This document shows positions 13,839 to 25,294 of a stretch of DNA of 64,000 nucleotides, one piece after another. The notes below the pieces were generated by a model, which saw only the letters and a program-made list of their open reading frames with translations, had not been told where the DNA came from and ran no database searches. Source of the stretch: Camelus ferus (lineage: Eukaryota); NCBI RefSeq assembly GCF_009834535.1, contig NC_045696.1, forward strand, positions 29,390,001 to 29,454,000, read 5' to 3'. The position numbers were made by a program, and so were the translations under genes. The stretch's first letter is position 1. Each line of letters begins with the position of its first letter.

Positions 13839-14111
13839 ACCTTTCATTATTCTTCAATAGTATGTTCCTTACTCAAGAGTGTATATTTAGTTCTTTAGAA
13901 AATCATGCATCTTAAAAATGACTGTGAAATACTGTCAAATCGAAACTCAGCTTGCCTCTTACACTTAATAACTGCTTGTAAAATCCAGGTGTTGATTCTT
14001 ACCTAAGAGTCTCTTGTCAGAAAGAGTAATGAAGATTTTGTTGACCGGGGGAAATAAACTACACAGGTAGGTTTCAAGACTATTGACCAGTGATTAAACA
14101 TCATCCTAAAA

Positions 14112-14297
14112 GTGAATATTTATTGAACTCTTATCGTGTTTCATTCTTTTCTCACAATAGTCCTAAAAGGTATATACAATCTGCATCGTCACAGAAAGGT
14201 TTTAGGTAAATTGCCCAAAGTTACAGAGCTAGGCAGGAAGCTGGGATGTGAACTCAAGTGGTCCAGTTCCAGAGCCATAAGATTGACCATTATGCCA
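14112..14297 (-). mobile_element. MIR SINE
   Basis: aatatttattgaactctta...taaattgcccaaagttacagagctag...ctgggatgtgaactcaag...ttccagagcc...accattatgcc. Confidence 0.75.
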
Positions 14298-14499
14298 GGT
14301 TGAGAAAAATCTTTAAAGGAGTTAAATATATGAGACACATGGGCACCTAAGTGCATGAGACTTACATTAGTGGTTTCTATTTTTTAAAGAAAATAAATTG
14401 CCTTGACTCAATAAGGTGACAATTTGAGTTTATAAGCCTATGAAATGCCATCTTTGAAGACAGAGCACAGCATCACGGTTAACAAATACTCACATGCGT

Positions 14500-14523
14500 G
14501 CACACACACACACACACACACAC
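14500..14523 (+). repeat. (CA)n microsatellite
   Basis: Direct reading. Confidence 0.9.
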
Positions 14524-17139
14524 TCACAATTATAATCACAGAAGTAAGATGTGCTCTTGGGGTCGGGAAGATCCCAAAGGACCTTCTGCTTATCAACTTA
14601 CCAGTAAACAAGAACTCCTCTATGATAAACGGCATGCTTGGACCCTGGTCCGTGGAGTGGCTTTAGGTTCAAAAGGTGTCCCTCCTTCAGGCGACACTGC
14701 AAACCAGCTTTTCTTGTAATCAGTTCTTGGTACTGTTAACATAAAATGTTAGCTATCATTACCGGGCTGTGAATGGTGCATAATGAACATTCTGCCTTAG
14801 GTAGCCACAGTTTATGTAGTCCTCAAACACTGATGAGCACAGAGATTGAGATGACTTTCAATCTTATTACTGTTTTTAAGTCAATTTCAAGATAAAAAAA
14901 GTTCTCTGGAATGAGGCGGAGGAACCTCACTGCTGCTGGCATAACCTTTTGCAGGCAAATTGTCTTGGATAGTTTATCACTGTAATGCACTGCATTTCAC
15001 AGGAACTGCACTGTTTTAAAAGACAAATGCTAAAACTATAACGTAATATTTAGACACTCTTTTCATGGAGGTCAGTGTAAGGACACCGAGTAATTATATC
15101 ATAACTGAGATACTTAATTACAGAGGTGAGTAGTACATCTACTCGATAAAGCCATTTTTATTATAGCAGCTTCTCATTTTTAGGAAACACTATTTTCCCC
15201 ATTTAGGAAGTCTGACACCAGGATAAATCTTAACATTCCAAAAGCAGTTGTAAACGAATACATTAGAAGTGATAACCTACCCCAAATGTTGATTTTACAT
15301 CTTAAACTAGAAGGTCTCTTAAATTGAAAAAAGCAAAAAAACCAAAAAACAGAATTATCTAATATTGGTATGGCATCAAAATTTTTTAAAAAAAAACTAA
15401 AGAAAGCTCTTTCAGTGTTTTCTAGTGCTATTAAAAAATTGAATGTATTTGGCTGGATCACATGGGATGCTCATCTCCTCCTGACAAAGTAAAGCATTAG
15501 TGGCAGCAACCGTAACATTCTTGTTTCTCTTACTGCCAAAACCAGCATCCCGTGACGTAGTGAGAATTGAAAGTTCCCAACCTGCAGCTCAGCTGATTGG
15601 AAAGTTTTCATTAGATGTAGGTTCTATTCTGGCCCAATAACCTACATCTTAAAGCTCATTATCCTCTGTTTTGGCACTGATAAGCTGACAACTGTAGAAC
15701 ATTCATGAAACACAAGTGCAATCTTGGTAAGTGACTCCACTGTGTAATCTAACAGAGCACCTGAAGCAATAACCTATGCATTACAATTACTTCTTAAAGT
15801 ACCCCAAATTCACAAATTCGCGTTAACACACACACCTAATGACGTAGTACCTGGCCTTAACACTTAGTTTTAGAATGATGCCTTTTTCTTTTATTATCAG
15901 GGAATTTTGCTTTCCATACTCTTAAAATGATTTAACACGAACAACTTTTTTTCTACCCTTCAAACAGCAGTGCTCACCAGGAATACAAATAACCCGAAGA
16001 CAATCTTTTTAGTCAAGAAAATGTTAATCATTACATACACTATGGTACCTTTACCAACCTGTAATGTATTGTTTTCCTTTTTCTCATATAGTGTGAAGAA
16101 ATTTGTAAACAGTCTTGCCTAAAAGGCTTCATATAATTTAACTATCAGAATGATTGTGTACGTGAAAAGAAGCAGCAAACTTGCTTTTATTTAAAACTAA
16201 AAGTCCAAAATTTAAAATATACTGTGTGGATTCAGTAATATATGAATTTCATTTACCCTTATTTACTTGAGTCTTCATTTTATTGAATATACTAAACATA
16301 TAAATATCAGGGCTTTAGATTATAGAAAATGTGTCTGAAAATACTTTCCAAAATATACCCCTGTAGACCTCTAGATGGCAGACTTTAGTAAATTTTTACA
16401 ACTGGCCTGACTTCAGAGTTTCTTAGCAATTCTGTCTAATCCACCTATTGAAATGATTTTCTGTTAATAAGCTACTCAGAGGTATTTGTGCTCTTATGGA
16501 ACAATGCATGAAAAAAAGAGAATTATATATTTTTTCTAAAATTTAATCCTCTTGAGATAACCTAATTGTATCAAGACAGTGTACTAGTGTCTTTTAGCAG
16601 TCTTTTTGGTATAGAGGATGTTCTGGAAAAGTTTTAGTTGATAAATGACTTCAAGTGGTTTCTAAAGTCAACCATTTCTTTAATTAAAAAGATTAGTTAC
16701 AGCTTTTCTTTTAAGAATTTCAGAAATCTGACAGAATAACAAAAAAAAGTCCTTTGAGAAATATGAAGTACAAAATATGTGTTTGTCATTAGAATCTGAA
16801 GTATGCCTTTTACAACACAAATAGCCAACAGAACCACTTTCCAAAGCATGTAACGTTTTGTGATCTTTTGTGATTCTCATCTGTTTGATTCTATAATCAC
16901 TGCTCTTCCTTTAGTCAAAAAAATTTTTAATGTCAACTATATTCAAGAGTTGTCATGGGATAAACAGAAATAAAACTAATAAGACAGTTGATAATTAAAA
17001 TACATGCAAGTGGCACTAAAAAGGACAAGTCTGCTTTGCATGTAACTTTATTAGCAAGAATGCTGAAATATAAAATCCAGTCATAGCTAGGATACATATG
17101 TTAAATTTTCAACAAGGACTTGAACTAATGTCTTAAAAC

Positions 17140-17690
17140 TATCACTGGCTCTGAGGAAACATACTACTTGGCATGCTGGATGTTGTAGAACCCCTTTCTG
17201 AAAGGTAGCTCTTCCCCACACACGTAGTAACCATGGGGACAATATTTAGCATGATGTAATACTGGCTACGGACAATAACTGAGCATCTGACCCAACTGAC
17301 AGAAACATCTGACAAAAGCCAGGACCAAGCGCTTTTCAAATTCCAACTTCTGGTCACTAGAATGAGTCCCTGATCCAAGGTGAACCAATAAGAGTCTTTT
17401 TCTAAAGATCATAAAACTAGAAACAGGGAAACAAATCTCTCTTTACTGGCTTTATACAAAGATATAAAGTCTGTGAATTAGAGGCAACGACTTTTGGTTT
17501 GGATTGGAGGAGCCTGAACTGGGGGAGAGAGTTCTAAGGGCATTCAGCCCCCGACTCCAGGCTGGGCTGTATTCTGATCTTCCCAGTCTGTGAGACAGCC
17601 TAGAAGCCACTCGATAAGTTCCCATTTCACTTCAGCTTGTTCAAGTTGCATTTTAAACACTCAGTGTCAACGAAATCTTAGCTAATACTT
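17140..17690 (+). mobile_element. Ancient ERVL/MaLR LTR (LTR33/MLT1-like)
   Basis: catctgacccaa.., tgatccaaggtgaaccaataagagtc, and a typical 3' end taagttcccatttcacttcagcttgttcaagttg...ttagctaatac. Confidence 0.55.
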
Positions 17691-18354
17691 TTTTTGTCCT
17701 TTTGATAAACTAAGATAGTATCTTTTGTAATTGTATTTTGAAGGTAAATCACTTTAGAGCTAAATCAAGGAGGTAGGTTTTTAATTCTTATTTATGTAAA
17801 TATTAACTGAGAGTGAACACATCTCTTAAAATGTGACAGAAGCAAGATATACCTTCATATATGTAGTCCAAGTACATTAAATTATGACTTATGGACAGTA
17901 AATAGTATATTTAACTTAGAAGACTTCAATACAAAGAAAAATTTGTGATCATAGAAATGTAAAAAGAGCCCAAACAGATAAAGATATAATTGTAAGTGAA
18001 AGAAAATTTTAAGTGTAAGTAAGTTTATGGTTGAGATATGTGTATCATCCAAGAAACACAAAGACTGGGAATTGTTATAGCTCTTGTGAAACATTTTGAC
18101 CTAGATTGTGCATGTTAAACTGAAAATGAGGTATAGAGGTGAAGCCCTGGCTTCGGCTCGGCTCTCCCAGTCACAAGCTGGGTGTCCTTTCACAAAATTC
18201 TTACAACTCAGTGCCACATTCTTTTCATGCAATAGACTTCCTTGTTTTCAACACAAAACCTTGAGATTGGCTCTGTAAATGCTTTTCAAATGTGCACGGA
18301 TTTTCTCTTAATTTTGGATGGTGAAAAATGCAAATGACTTCCACTAGGGGCTCC

Positions 18355-18575
18355 TAAAATCCTACAACATGGAGAACACCTGCCTGAGAATTAAGTCAAT
18401 TCACAGAGAAGTAGAACAGGTGAAAGAGAGATGCCAGGAGGGTACCCCCTGAGCACAGTGATCCAACCATGCCTGAGTCTGTCCTGCCCTTCGAGTTTAC
18501 ATTTACGTGAACTAAGAAGTCCTTAATTTTACCAAACCAGCTTTGTGTGGTTTCATTAGGAACCAAAGGAGTCTT
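18355..18575 (+). mobile_element. MLT1-type MaLR LTR 3' fragment
   Basis: cctgcctgagaat..cacagagaag..tgagcac..gatccaaccatgcctga..tacgtgaactaa..aaccagctttg..aaccaaaggagtc. Confidence 0.6.
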
Positions 18576-19229
18576 TAAAAAATAGAGTCAAACCCCACTT
18601 TTCTGCTCATGTATTTCAGTACAATCTCTTTTTCTTCACGGCTCCAAAGGGCAGAATCAGAGCAGGAGGATAAGAGGGAAATTGAGCGTCTTTTTAGAAT
18701 CATTCTAGTTTTACACACAAAACTTAAAATACTGATAGCTAGATGGAATTGCCTACTCAGAGGTAGCATAAAAATTCATCAGAACACATACCCAGATGTT
18801 TCAGAGAAATGTTATTGACACACAGTGATCCACAGAATAAGGTTTTCAAAATTTTTGAGAAACCAAAAAGAAAACGTAGGTCAAACCTAAAACATAAAAC
18901 ATCAAAGAGATTTATCTTTTTAACAGAAGATTAGGGAGTCCCACTTAATAGATCTTTTCAGGTGAAGATATAAGAGGTTTTAGATTATTGCAGAGATGTC
19001 CAAAATGACTAATGTGACTGAATTGAACAATAACATTAGAATAATAGCTTTAAGGGGAATATTTTGACTGTTTTCTTTACTCTGTAAGGTAATTTTGCTA
19101 AATTCTGAGTACCAAAATATTATAAATGGAACACCCGCAGAAAAGTGTAATTGAAAGGTTATACCCAGCGAAAAACTGGAGTAGTGCAGGTCAGAGAAGA
19201 GAAAACTCCGGGAAAAGATTTGAAAAAAC

Positions 19230-19346
19230 AAGACGTGGTGTCAAAAGACCTGAAGTTCTTGACTGGTCAATTGCTAGAGATACTGTCTTGGATAAACTGC
19301 CTGATATCTGAAAGTCTCAGTTTCCTCATCCATAAAATTGGATTGA
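19230..19346 (+). mobile_element. MIR fragment
   Basis: aaagacctgaagttctt...ctgtcttggataaa..tctgaaagtctcagtttcctcatccataaaattgg. Confidence 0.7.
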
Positions 19347-19427
19347 TGTAGTAGATAACTGTGTGCCTGTCTTCCCAACAGCCCTTCCTGGAAACTAACC
19401 ACTGAGCACATGGGAAGTGATCAACAT

Positions 19428-19755
19428 TGTTTCTTCGCAACCTCGGGAATTTTCAGGGTGAAATCGGAAATTGGCTCCCATACACAAAAGGCAAGAAGAG
19501 TCTGAAGAAGGAGGGAGACCACTCCAGATTGGTAGGTGGCAGTTCTGATAAGCAAGGGAACTTACAGGGCTTGTCTTGGGTGATGGCGAGAAGAGTAGCT
19601 TTCTGCACCCACCCATCAGAATTCTGAGTTTACACAGAAGTCTTAGCTAGGTTTAGTCACCTATTCAGTCCAAATGTTCTCAACATCTTACTCTCGCAAG
19701 GCTATGTCTCTGAATCAGCCCCTAGTGTGGGATGGTGGACCTAACACATTTTCAA
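19428..19755 (-). mobile_element. 3' LTR of the ERVL provirus (its U3 start deleted)
   Basis: Aligns by eye to 21864-~22195; similarity stops near 19755. Confidence 0.8.
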
Positions 19756-20050
19756 CCCACCCCTTGATAGGAAGAGAAGTTCTTACCATGGTATGCTGTT
19801 TCTTCCGGAGAGGTTCTACATGGAGGAGCACTGTGTACATGGCTAGGAGCAATGAAGAGTGAGCTGAACAGGAAGCCTCCCATCGCTTCCAATGGCCCTC
19901 ATCTGGAGGCAGTCTTGGCCTGTAGCCTACACCTACGTGTGGGAGGTAGCCACTGCTAACAGGGCTGTATTCCTCAGCAGGAAGGGTATTGGGGATGGTA
20001 GGGCCAGGTGGGGCCAGTGTGAACCGTTGTTTAGGTTTTAAGGCTTTGCA

Positions 20051-20752
20051 TCAGCCAACCAACACAGCTTTGGGTTGTTGGTCTATCTTCTCAAGTGGGG
20101 TCCTGGCAGCAACGAGGTCAAGCCACATTTGCTTCCTGGTTACTGTTACCAGATGCTTCACTGCTGATTGGGGTAGCCTTCTGACTTTTTGAGTTCCCTC
20201 TCTGTCTTGGGTCTTTCCCACAATCTGTGCCCCATTCCCAAGATTTGAAAGCTCCCTCCAGATCAGCAATGGATTGTCCAGCATCATAAATGCCCCACAA
20301 CTGGGCTCAGCGTGGATATCAGCGTCCCATACCAGGTGCTGGGAGTGATTTGGTATATATCAGCTTCCATTCCCTCAGTGACTGGCTCAGTTAGGGCCTT
20401 TCAAAGACAGGGGCATAGATGGCCCATCACATTCCCAGCTCCCTAAGAGTTTGTTCTACCTCCACTGTAGATTTCCAGGGTCCCCCATGCTGGGGTCAAG
20501 CTTCCCTGCAGGATAGAATAGTTCAATCTATAAGGGAGTGAGGTACCTTGAAACCCCCAAGAGCCATGAAGGTGCTGCCAGAGAACAGGCTATGTGGTGA
20601 TGTTGCTCATTTTCTCTGCCTCCTGCCCGGTCAGAGCCATCACCCACTGTATCCCATAACTGCACCGACCTTGCCGGGATGCTTTCCCTGGCCTTTTGCT
20701 GGAACTTGGCAGCTGTATCAACAAGCTCAGTGGAAGTCCATTCTCTCACCAT
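20051..20752 (-). pseudogene. gag: Fragmented ERVL gag remnant
   Basis: Peptides WTSTELVDTAAKFQQKARESIPARSVQLWDTVG (cf. HERV-L gag YTxKEL..YKQKSGE..WEWILRVWDNGG) and VTRKQMWLDLVAARTPLEKIDQQPKAVLVG (cf. LWxWLINHGVPRSEIDRKPT); broken by stops or frameshifts. Confidence 0.7.
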
Positions 20753-21360
20753 GAACGTTTCCTGAATCTGGGGCTGCCCTGCTGGCTGTGGTTGTGGCCA
20801 CAGTGCTTTGACTTTCCTTTGTACCAGGGGTCAGATGTCACAGGTGCTTCAACCATTTCACTGTCAATCACAACATCCTCCTCTTCACTCCCCTCACCTT
20901 CCCAGGGTTCACCTCCTACTGTCCCAACCAGGCTTTGTCACAAGCATCTGGACCTTAATCCTCAGCAGACTGAACCCTCCTGGCTTGGCAAAGTGACAAG
21001 CTAAGGTCTCTAGCTCCCCAACCTTGTCCTGAAGCAAGCAGAGCAGTAGCAAACGCCCACACGTCCTTCTCTGACCTCAGCTCTTCTTCCAACTCTCTAA
21101 CTGGACCTTTCGGCCTCTAGTTGAACATTGGTAGCCACTGACCTGCCCACAGTCACGGCCAGACCAGTGCACCAGAACTTGTCACCCTTCTTTGCTGCAG
21201 TGTGCTGTGTGCAGTTCCCCAAACGCGGGCATTAGACCAGCTGGTGTCTATGGGGTGACCCAGACTCAAGGGTGGTCCACAAACATTTAGCATATAGGCC
21301 ACCCCTCCCCACATAGAGGTCAATGGCCAAATCATGATTTCCCAGAGGATGCCTCTTTCC

Positions 21361-21818
21361 TGTCAAAAGTTCATAAAAAAAGAAAGTAAAACCAACGAAT
21401 CACTTAAGTAGCAATTAGAAAAAGGTTATTGTTCACACACTGAAAAGGCTATTTGCAGACTGGAAGCACTCAAACCAAAACATGGAATGGGGCTCAGAGA
21501 TATATTGTGATAAAGCAGCTTATATAGTGTATATATATTATGAAAGCAGTTAAGTGTTTATTCTTCATAGTGATTGGTTAGAATATTGGAATTTCTTAAA
21601 TAAGTGGGAATTGGTTAGCAGTTATCACATATCAACTTTGGAGAACTTTTTAAGTTCTGCTTATGATTTTCAGAGGCATAAGCAAGAAGTGACCCAGGTC
21701 GAGTTAACCTTGCTTGTCTTGCAAAGTAAGCTGAATTTTAAAGCTTTACTTGTATGAACTAGTTTTTCCTGCTCAGGGAATTTTCAAATCTGGTTTCCAT
21801 TTGTGTTTGATTTTAACA
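21361..21818 (-). mobile_element. ERV1-type solo LTR (MER57/MER4-group-like) nested in the ERVL leader
   Basis: TG...CA ends (minus strand starts tgttaaaatcaaacacaaatggaaaccag); perfect 4-bp TSD TTCC at 21357-21360 and 21819-21822; AT-rich relative to the GC-rich host internal sequence. Confidence 0.8.
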
Positions 21819-21841
21819 TTCCCAAGACCCGTTTCTTCAGT

Positions 21842-21859
21842 CTCCTTGTTGGCTTGCCA
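21842..21859 (-). promoter_or_regulatory. Primer-binding site of the ERVL provirus
   Basis: Minus strand TGGCAAGCCAACAAGGAG a few nt after the 5' LTR end; resembles the TGGCGAGCCAGCCAGGAG (tRNA-Arg-type) PBS. Confidence 0.65.
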
Positions 21860-21863
21860 ATCA

Positions 21864-22286
21864 TGGGTTCTCGACCTCTGGAATTTCCCTGGTGAAATCT
21901 GAAACTGGCTCCCATATGTAGAGGTCAAGGAGAGGCTGCAGGAAGAGGCAGCCACTCCAGATTGGTAGGTGGCAGTTTCAATAAGCAAGGAAACTTACAT
22001 ACGAGGTTTGTCTTGCATGGCCGCAAGGCAAGTAGATCTTAACACCCGCCCACAGAATCTTAAAAGTTTATAGAGAGGCTTTAACTGGGTTCAGCCATGT
22101 ATTCATTCCAGATGGCCTCAACATCTTACTCGAATTTCAAGGCTGTGTCCTTGAAACAGCTCCTAGTGGGGAATGGTGAGCAGAGCATATGTTCCAAGGA
22201 TGGGGAGGAGATAGGAGACTTCCATTGCCAGCGCCCAGCTTAAGGGTCAACCAGAGGTCACATCCTCTTAGTCACCACCTCCAACA
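21864..22286 (-). mobile_element. 5' LTR of the ERVL provirus
   Basis: Minus strand begins TGTTGGAGG, contains TATAAA (+ strand tttata ~22067-22072) and a degenerate polyA signal; followed by the PBS. Confidence 0.85.
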
Positions 22287-22811
22287 AACCTCTAACTATG
22301 CTTGGGTGTAGCAGGTGCAGAAACCTGATCCCATTTAGTCCATGAGATTCTTCCTGGGATTTGTTAGCCAGAGAGGCCAGATGGTCTTCAACAGCCAAAG
22401 CTGGGAGACAACAACTAAGAAGCTTCTGCTAATGATCATCACTACTGAAGAAAGGTAGCTGCAATAAGAAGCTGAGAAACAGAGAGACAGTTAAGAAATC
22501 GAGAGTCTTGTTGTCTTGCTCTCTGAGTAATTCTGAGTTTAGCTCTGACCTGCAGATACTAGCTGCTTTGTTGTTCGGCTTTTCCTTGGAATCACCTGCC
22601 AGTCCATTTCTGTTTTTTTTTTTTTTCCCCCACATCATCTTTGAAATTAGTATCTACCACTAGCTGCCAAGGAAATTCCTAATCTGATTAACTTTTCTAA
22701 TTGCATATAATTTTTAATAAAGAAATAAGATACTGAGCATAACAGGATTTTGAAAACTTTAAAGCACAACCTGAATATAAGACAGTGCTACTGTGGTTAT
22801 TATCTACAACC

Positions 22812-22965
22812 AACCTCAAATGTCTGAGGGACTGTCATGTAAAAGAAGGATTTCTTTCTATGAGTAGTTCCAAATGGCAGCATTAGGGAAAATAAGATGT
22901 GGTGAAATTTAAAGGAAGGGAGATTTCAGCTCAATGTAAGAAAGAGGGTTTTAAAAGCTGGAATC
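22812..22965 (+). mobile_element. L3/CR1 LINE fragment
   Basis: aaatgtctgagggactgtcatgtaaaagaagga...agatttcagctcaatgtaagaaagag typical of the L3 3' region. Confidence 0.7.
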
Positions 22966-23234
22966 TTCTAGTTTTCCTGTGTTCAAGCCTAAAATTCTAT
23001 GACATTAAATCTCCATGATTCTGTTCCAAAGGCTACACTCATTCCAGTCTACAACAACATTCCTTCAGCTCTACATTTCTTTAGATAAAAAGCTATCCTT
23101 TCAAGTTTTATACCACTTTTGTTAATATATATACAAATATATATACATATAAATATTGCATATGTTTTAATTTTCTCTCTATATAATATATGTATGAAGT
23201 TTCTAAACCAGTGATTCTTAAAAAATGGTTTAGT

Positions 23235-23822
23235 CATCGGTTGGTGTTTTCTCTCCAGCAACTATTCCCCTTTCTTTTAGCAAGAATAAACAGTTGAGAC
23301 TTAAGGGAACCATCCATCCCCATTCTTTGTCCATGTCTTTCATTGAAGCTGAATGTTGGGCTGGGATTGTTCAGGACTAGAGGATATGACCTCAATTAAG
23401 CCCATCAGTGTATTGAATTTCCTGCCCATAAAAATTGCTTAAGGGACAGGCATATAAACTAGCTGGTTTAATTAGTGTGAAATCAGAAAGTTGCTCTGGA
23501 CCAATTAAATGGCCCATCAGGAACTTTGCTAAAGGAATTCTGAGACAAAGATTCTTTCTCCTATTGTAGGCATTTGACCCTGGAATCTGCTGGCAACCTT
23601 CAAGTGCTGATGGGGGAAACAACCGCAGAGCAGGTGCTAATATGTTAGAAACAAAGTAGAGAAATAAACCAAAACTGTGTACCTTGATGAGCAGGTTGAG
23701 TCATTGGCTTAAATCTAATATTAAACCTTTTGTAAAGATGAACTTTTGATTTCCTTTTAGTGTTTAAGACAGTTTGAGCTCAACTGTTTTAATTTGTAAC
23801 TGAGAGCATCTTAAGTAATGCA
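23235..23822 (+). mobile_element. Ancient MLT1 (J/K/L-like) LTR
   Basis: atgacctcaattaagcccatcag.., ctggaatctgctggcaacc, 3' end tgtttaagacagtttgagct..ttgtaactgagagcatcttaagtaatgca. Confidence 0.6.
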
Positions 23823-23840
23823 AGTGAAGGGAATGATGAA

Positions 23841-24266
23841 CAAAGGGTGCCAGAACATGCCACTCCCCATTATGCCTCTTTGGTATATGGATTGTTTTGA
23901 GATGACAACCACTGAGAACCAGCAAATGCAGGTAAAGGACTCTTAAAAACTCTTCTTATCAATAGAGAAAATGTAAAAATCTTATAACACACCTTACTCA
24001 ACAACCCTTGTTTCCCATACTTTTCCTGATCACCTTCCCATAACTTGCTTCCCCTACCCTGGAGCCCAAAACCCTAAGATGGTATACGGGCCCAAGTTCT
24101 AACCATTTCTTTAGGTTACACATCGCTGGTGCTTCTATGGGTGTGTAGGATACATATGTTAATAAGCTTCTGTGTGTCTTCCTCTTGTTAATCTCTCTTT
24201 TGCTGGTATAATTTACAGGCCCCTGCCAGAGATGGGTTAGAGGAAAAAGACCTTTCCTTCCCTACA
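23841..24266 (+). mobile_element. MER34/MER39-like ERV1 solo LTR
   Basis: cagaacatgccactccccattatgcctctttggtatatggattgttttgag start; ends cctttccttccctaca; 4-bp TSD tgaa/tgga (3 of 4). Confidence 0.75.
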
Positions 24267-24404
24267 TGGACAACACTGTCCCCACGATGTTTGTTCAAAC
24301 TCCATACACCTGCACAATCTGACATTTTACCCTAGTGACAACATTCACAGAGTCCACCAAAGTAAGGGTGGAGATGGCAAAATTTTAGAACTAAAAATTT
24401 TTAA

Positions 24405-24572
24405 AAAATGGTTTACATAAAACCAAATCCAACTGAATATATTTGAAGATCTCATTGGTTTTATCTGGCAATTCGTGACTTGGGCAGCATCCAATATAAC
24501 AACCAAAAGGGCACTCCAAGGGAATGTACAACTTGAAGAATTTTATAAGAAAATTAGAACAAGGGAGCTATT

Positions 24573-24607
<35 letters not shown>

Positions 24608-24895
24608 TATTTTTAAGCCAGGATAGCTTTTTCTTGGGGTGGAGGGGCAAGGGGGGAACAGCAAGGGTTTTTATCATTCAAATTGCCTCTTCTTCCTCTG
24701 GGGGATGGAGAGGTCCCACATAGAAGATTACCTCATTGATGCTGACTGGAAAACTCCAGACTGGTTGATGAAGATTACATTTTTTTTTTGGTGAAGGTGA
24801 GAACTGCAATTAGGTTAGGTATTAAATCTAGATTTGGTATCATGGGTTTTAGCATAAGTGACGCCATATGGGGCCTACGGTTATTCTCTTTAACA
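24405..24895 (-). mobile_element. ERV1-type solo LTR (MER89/MER90-like, tentative) with an internal A-tract
   Basis: Minus strand starts tgttaaagagaataaccgtaggcccc..gtcacttatgctaa..ttaatacctaacctaattgcag; U5-like ggatgctgccca..cacgaattgc..ataaaaccaat. Confidence 0.65.
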
Positions 24896-25294
24896 GCATA
24901 AAATATTTACTCACCAGTTTATGGACTCTGAATCGCCTGCTAAATGTGGCAGAAAATTCTGAAGAGTCTGGAGCTGTAGGTGAAATTATGTCACACATAA
25001 AATGTATCTTCAGGAGCACATTCCTCCTATCTCACTCTGAACCTACACCCCCTCCTCCAAAGACACATATATAGAATATTTATGTTTACCTACAAGTTAT
25101 TACACACATATGCTGAGTACCTCCTGGATTCCAACATCTGGTTTTTGTTTTTTTTTTTCTGCAAAAACTACATCTGGAAGGGTATTGAGTGGGAAGGTCT
25201 TTATATTTTTCAATTGCCAGAGTTATTTGCATTCCAAGAGAGCATGCCTGTATGATTCAAAAGGAATTGAACGCCTATAAAAAATGTTTCTAAA

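Larger units (their letters stand above)
19428..22286 (-). mobile_element. Internally deleted class III (ERVL-like) provirus with two LTRs (MER73/MER54/MER74-group-like, tentative)
   Basis: Homologous direct repeats 19428-~19755 and 21864-22286 (shared ccactccagattggtaggtggcagtt); minus-strand TG...CA termini; PBS-like tggcaagccaacaaggag after the 5' LTR; 5-bp TSD AACAT (19423-19427)/AACCT (22287-22291); gag-like peptides inside. Confidence 0.85.
19347..22690 (+). mobile_element. Ancient LTR33/MLT1-like LTR split in two (19347-19427 and 22292-22690) by the ERVL provirus
   Basis: Starts tgtagtagataactgtgtgcctgtcttccc; resumes after the provirus with acctgatcccatttagtccatgagattcttcctggga and ends ttagtatctaccactagctgccaagg. 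Confidence 0.45.

Noticed and set aside
13068..14719. ORFs with THTHTH or VCVCVC runs
   Set aside because: Translations of (CA)n microsatellites and MER58
18341..18354. CCACTAGGGGCTCC as a CTCF site
   Set aside because: One G short of the core spacing
20051..20752. Intact Fv1-like domesticated gag gene
   Set aside because: Gag-like peptides are split among short ORFs of under 80 aa
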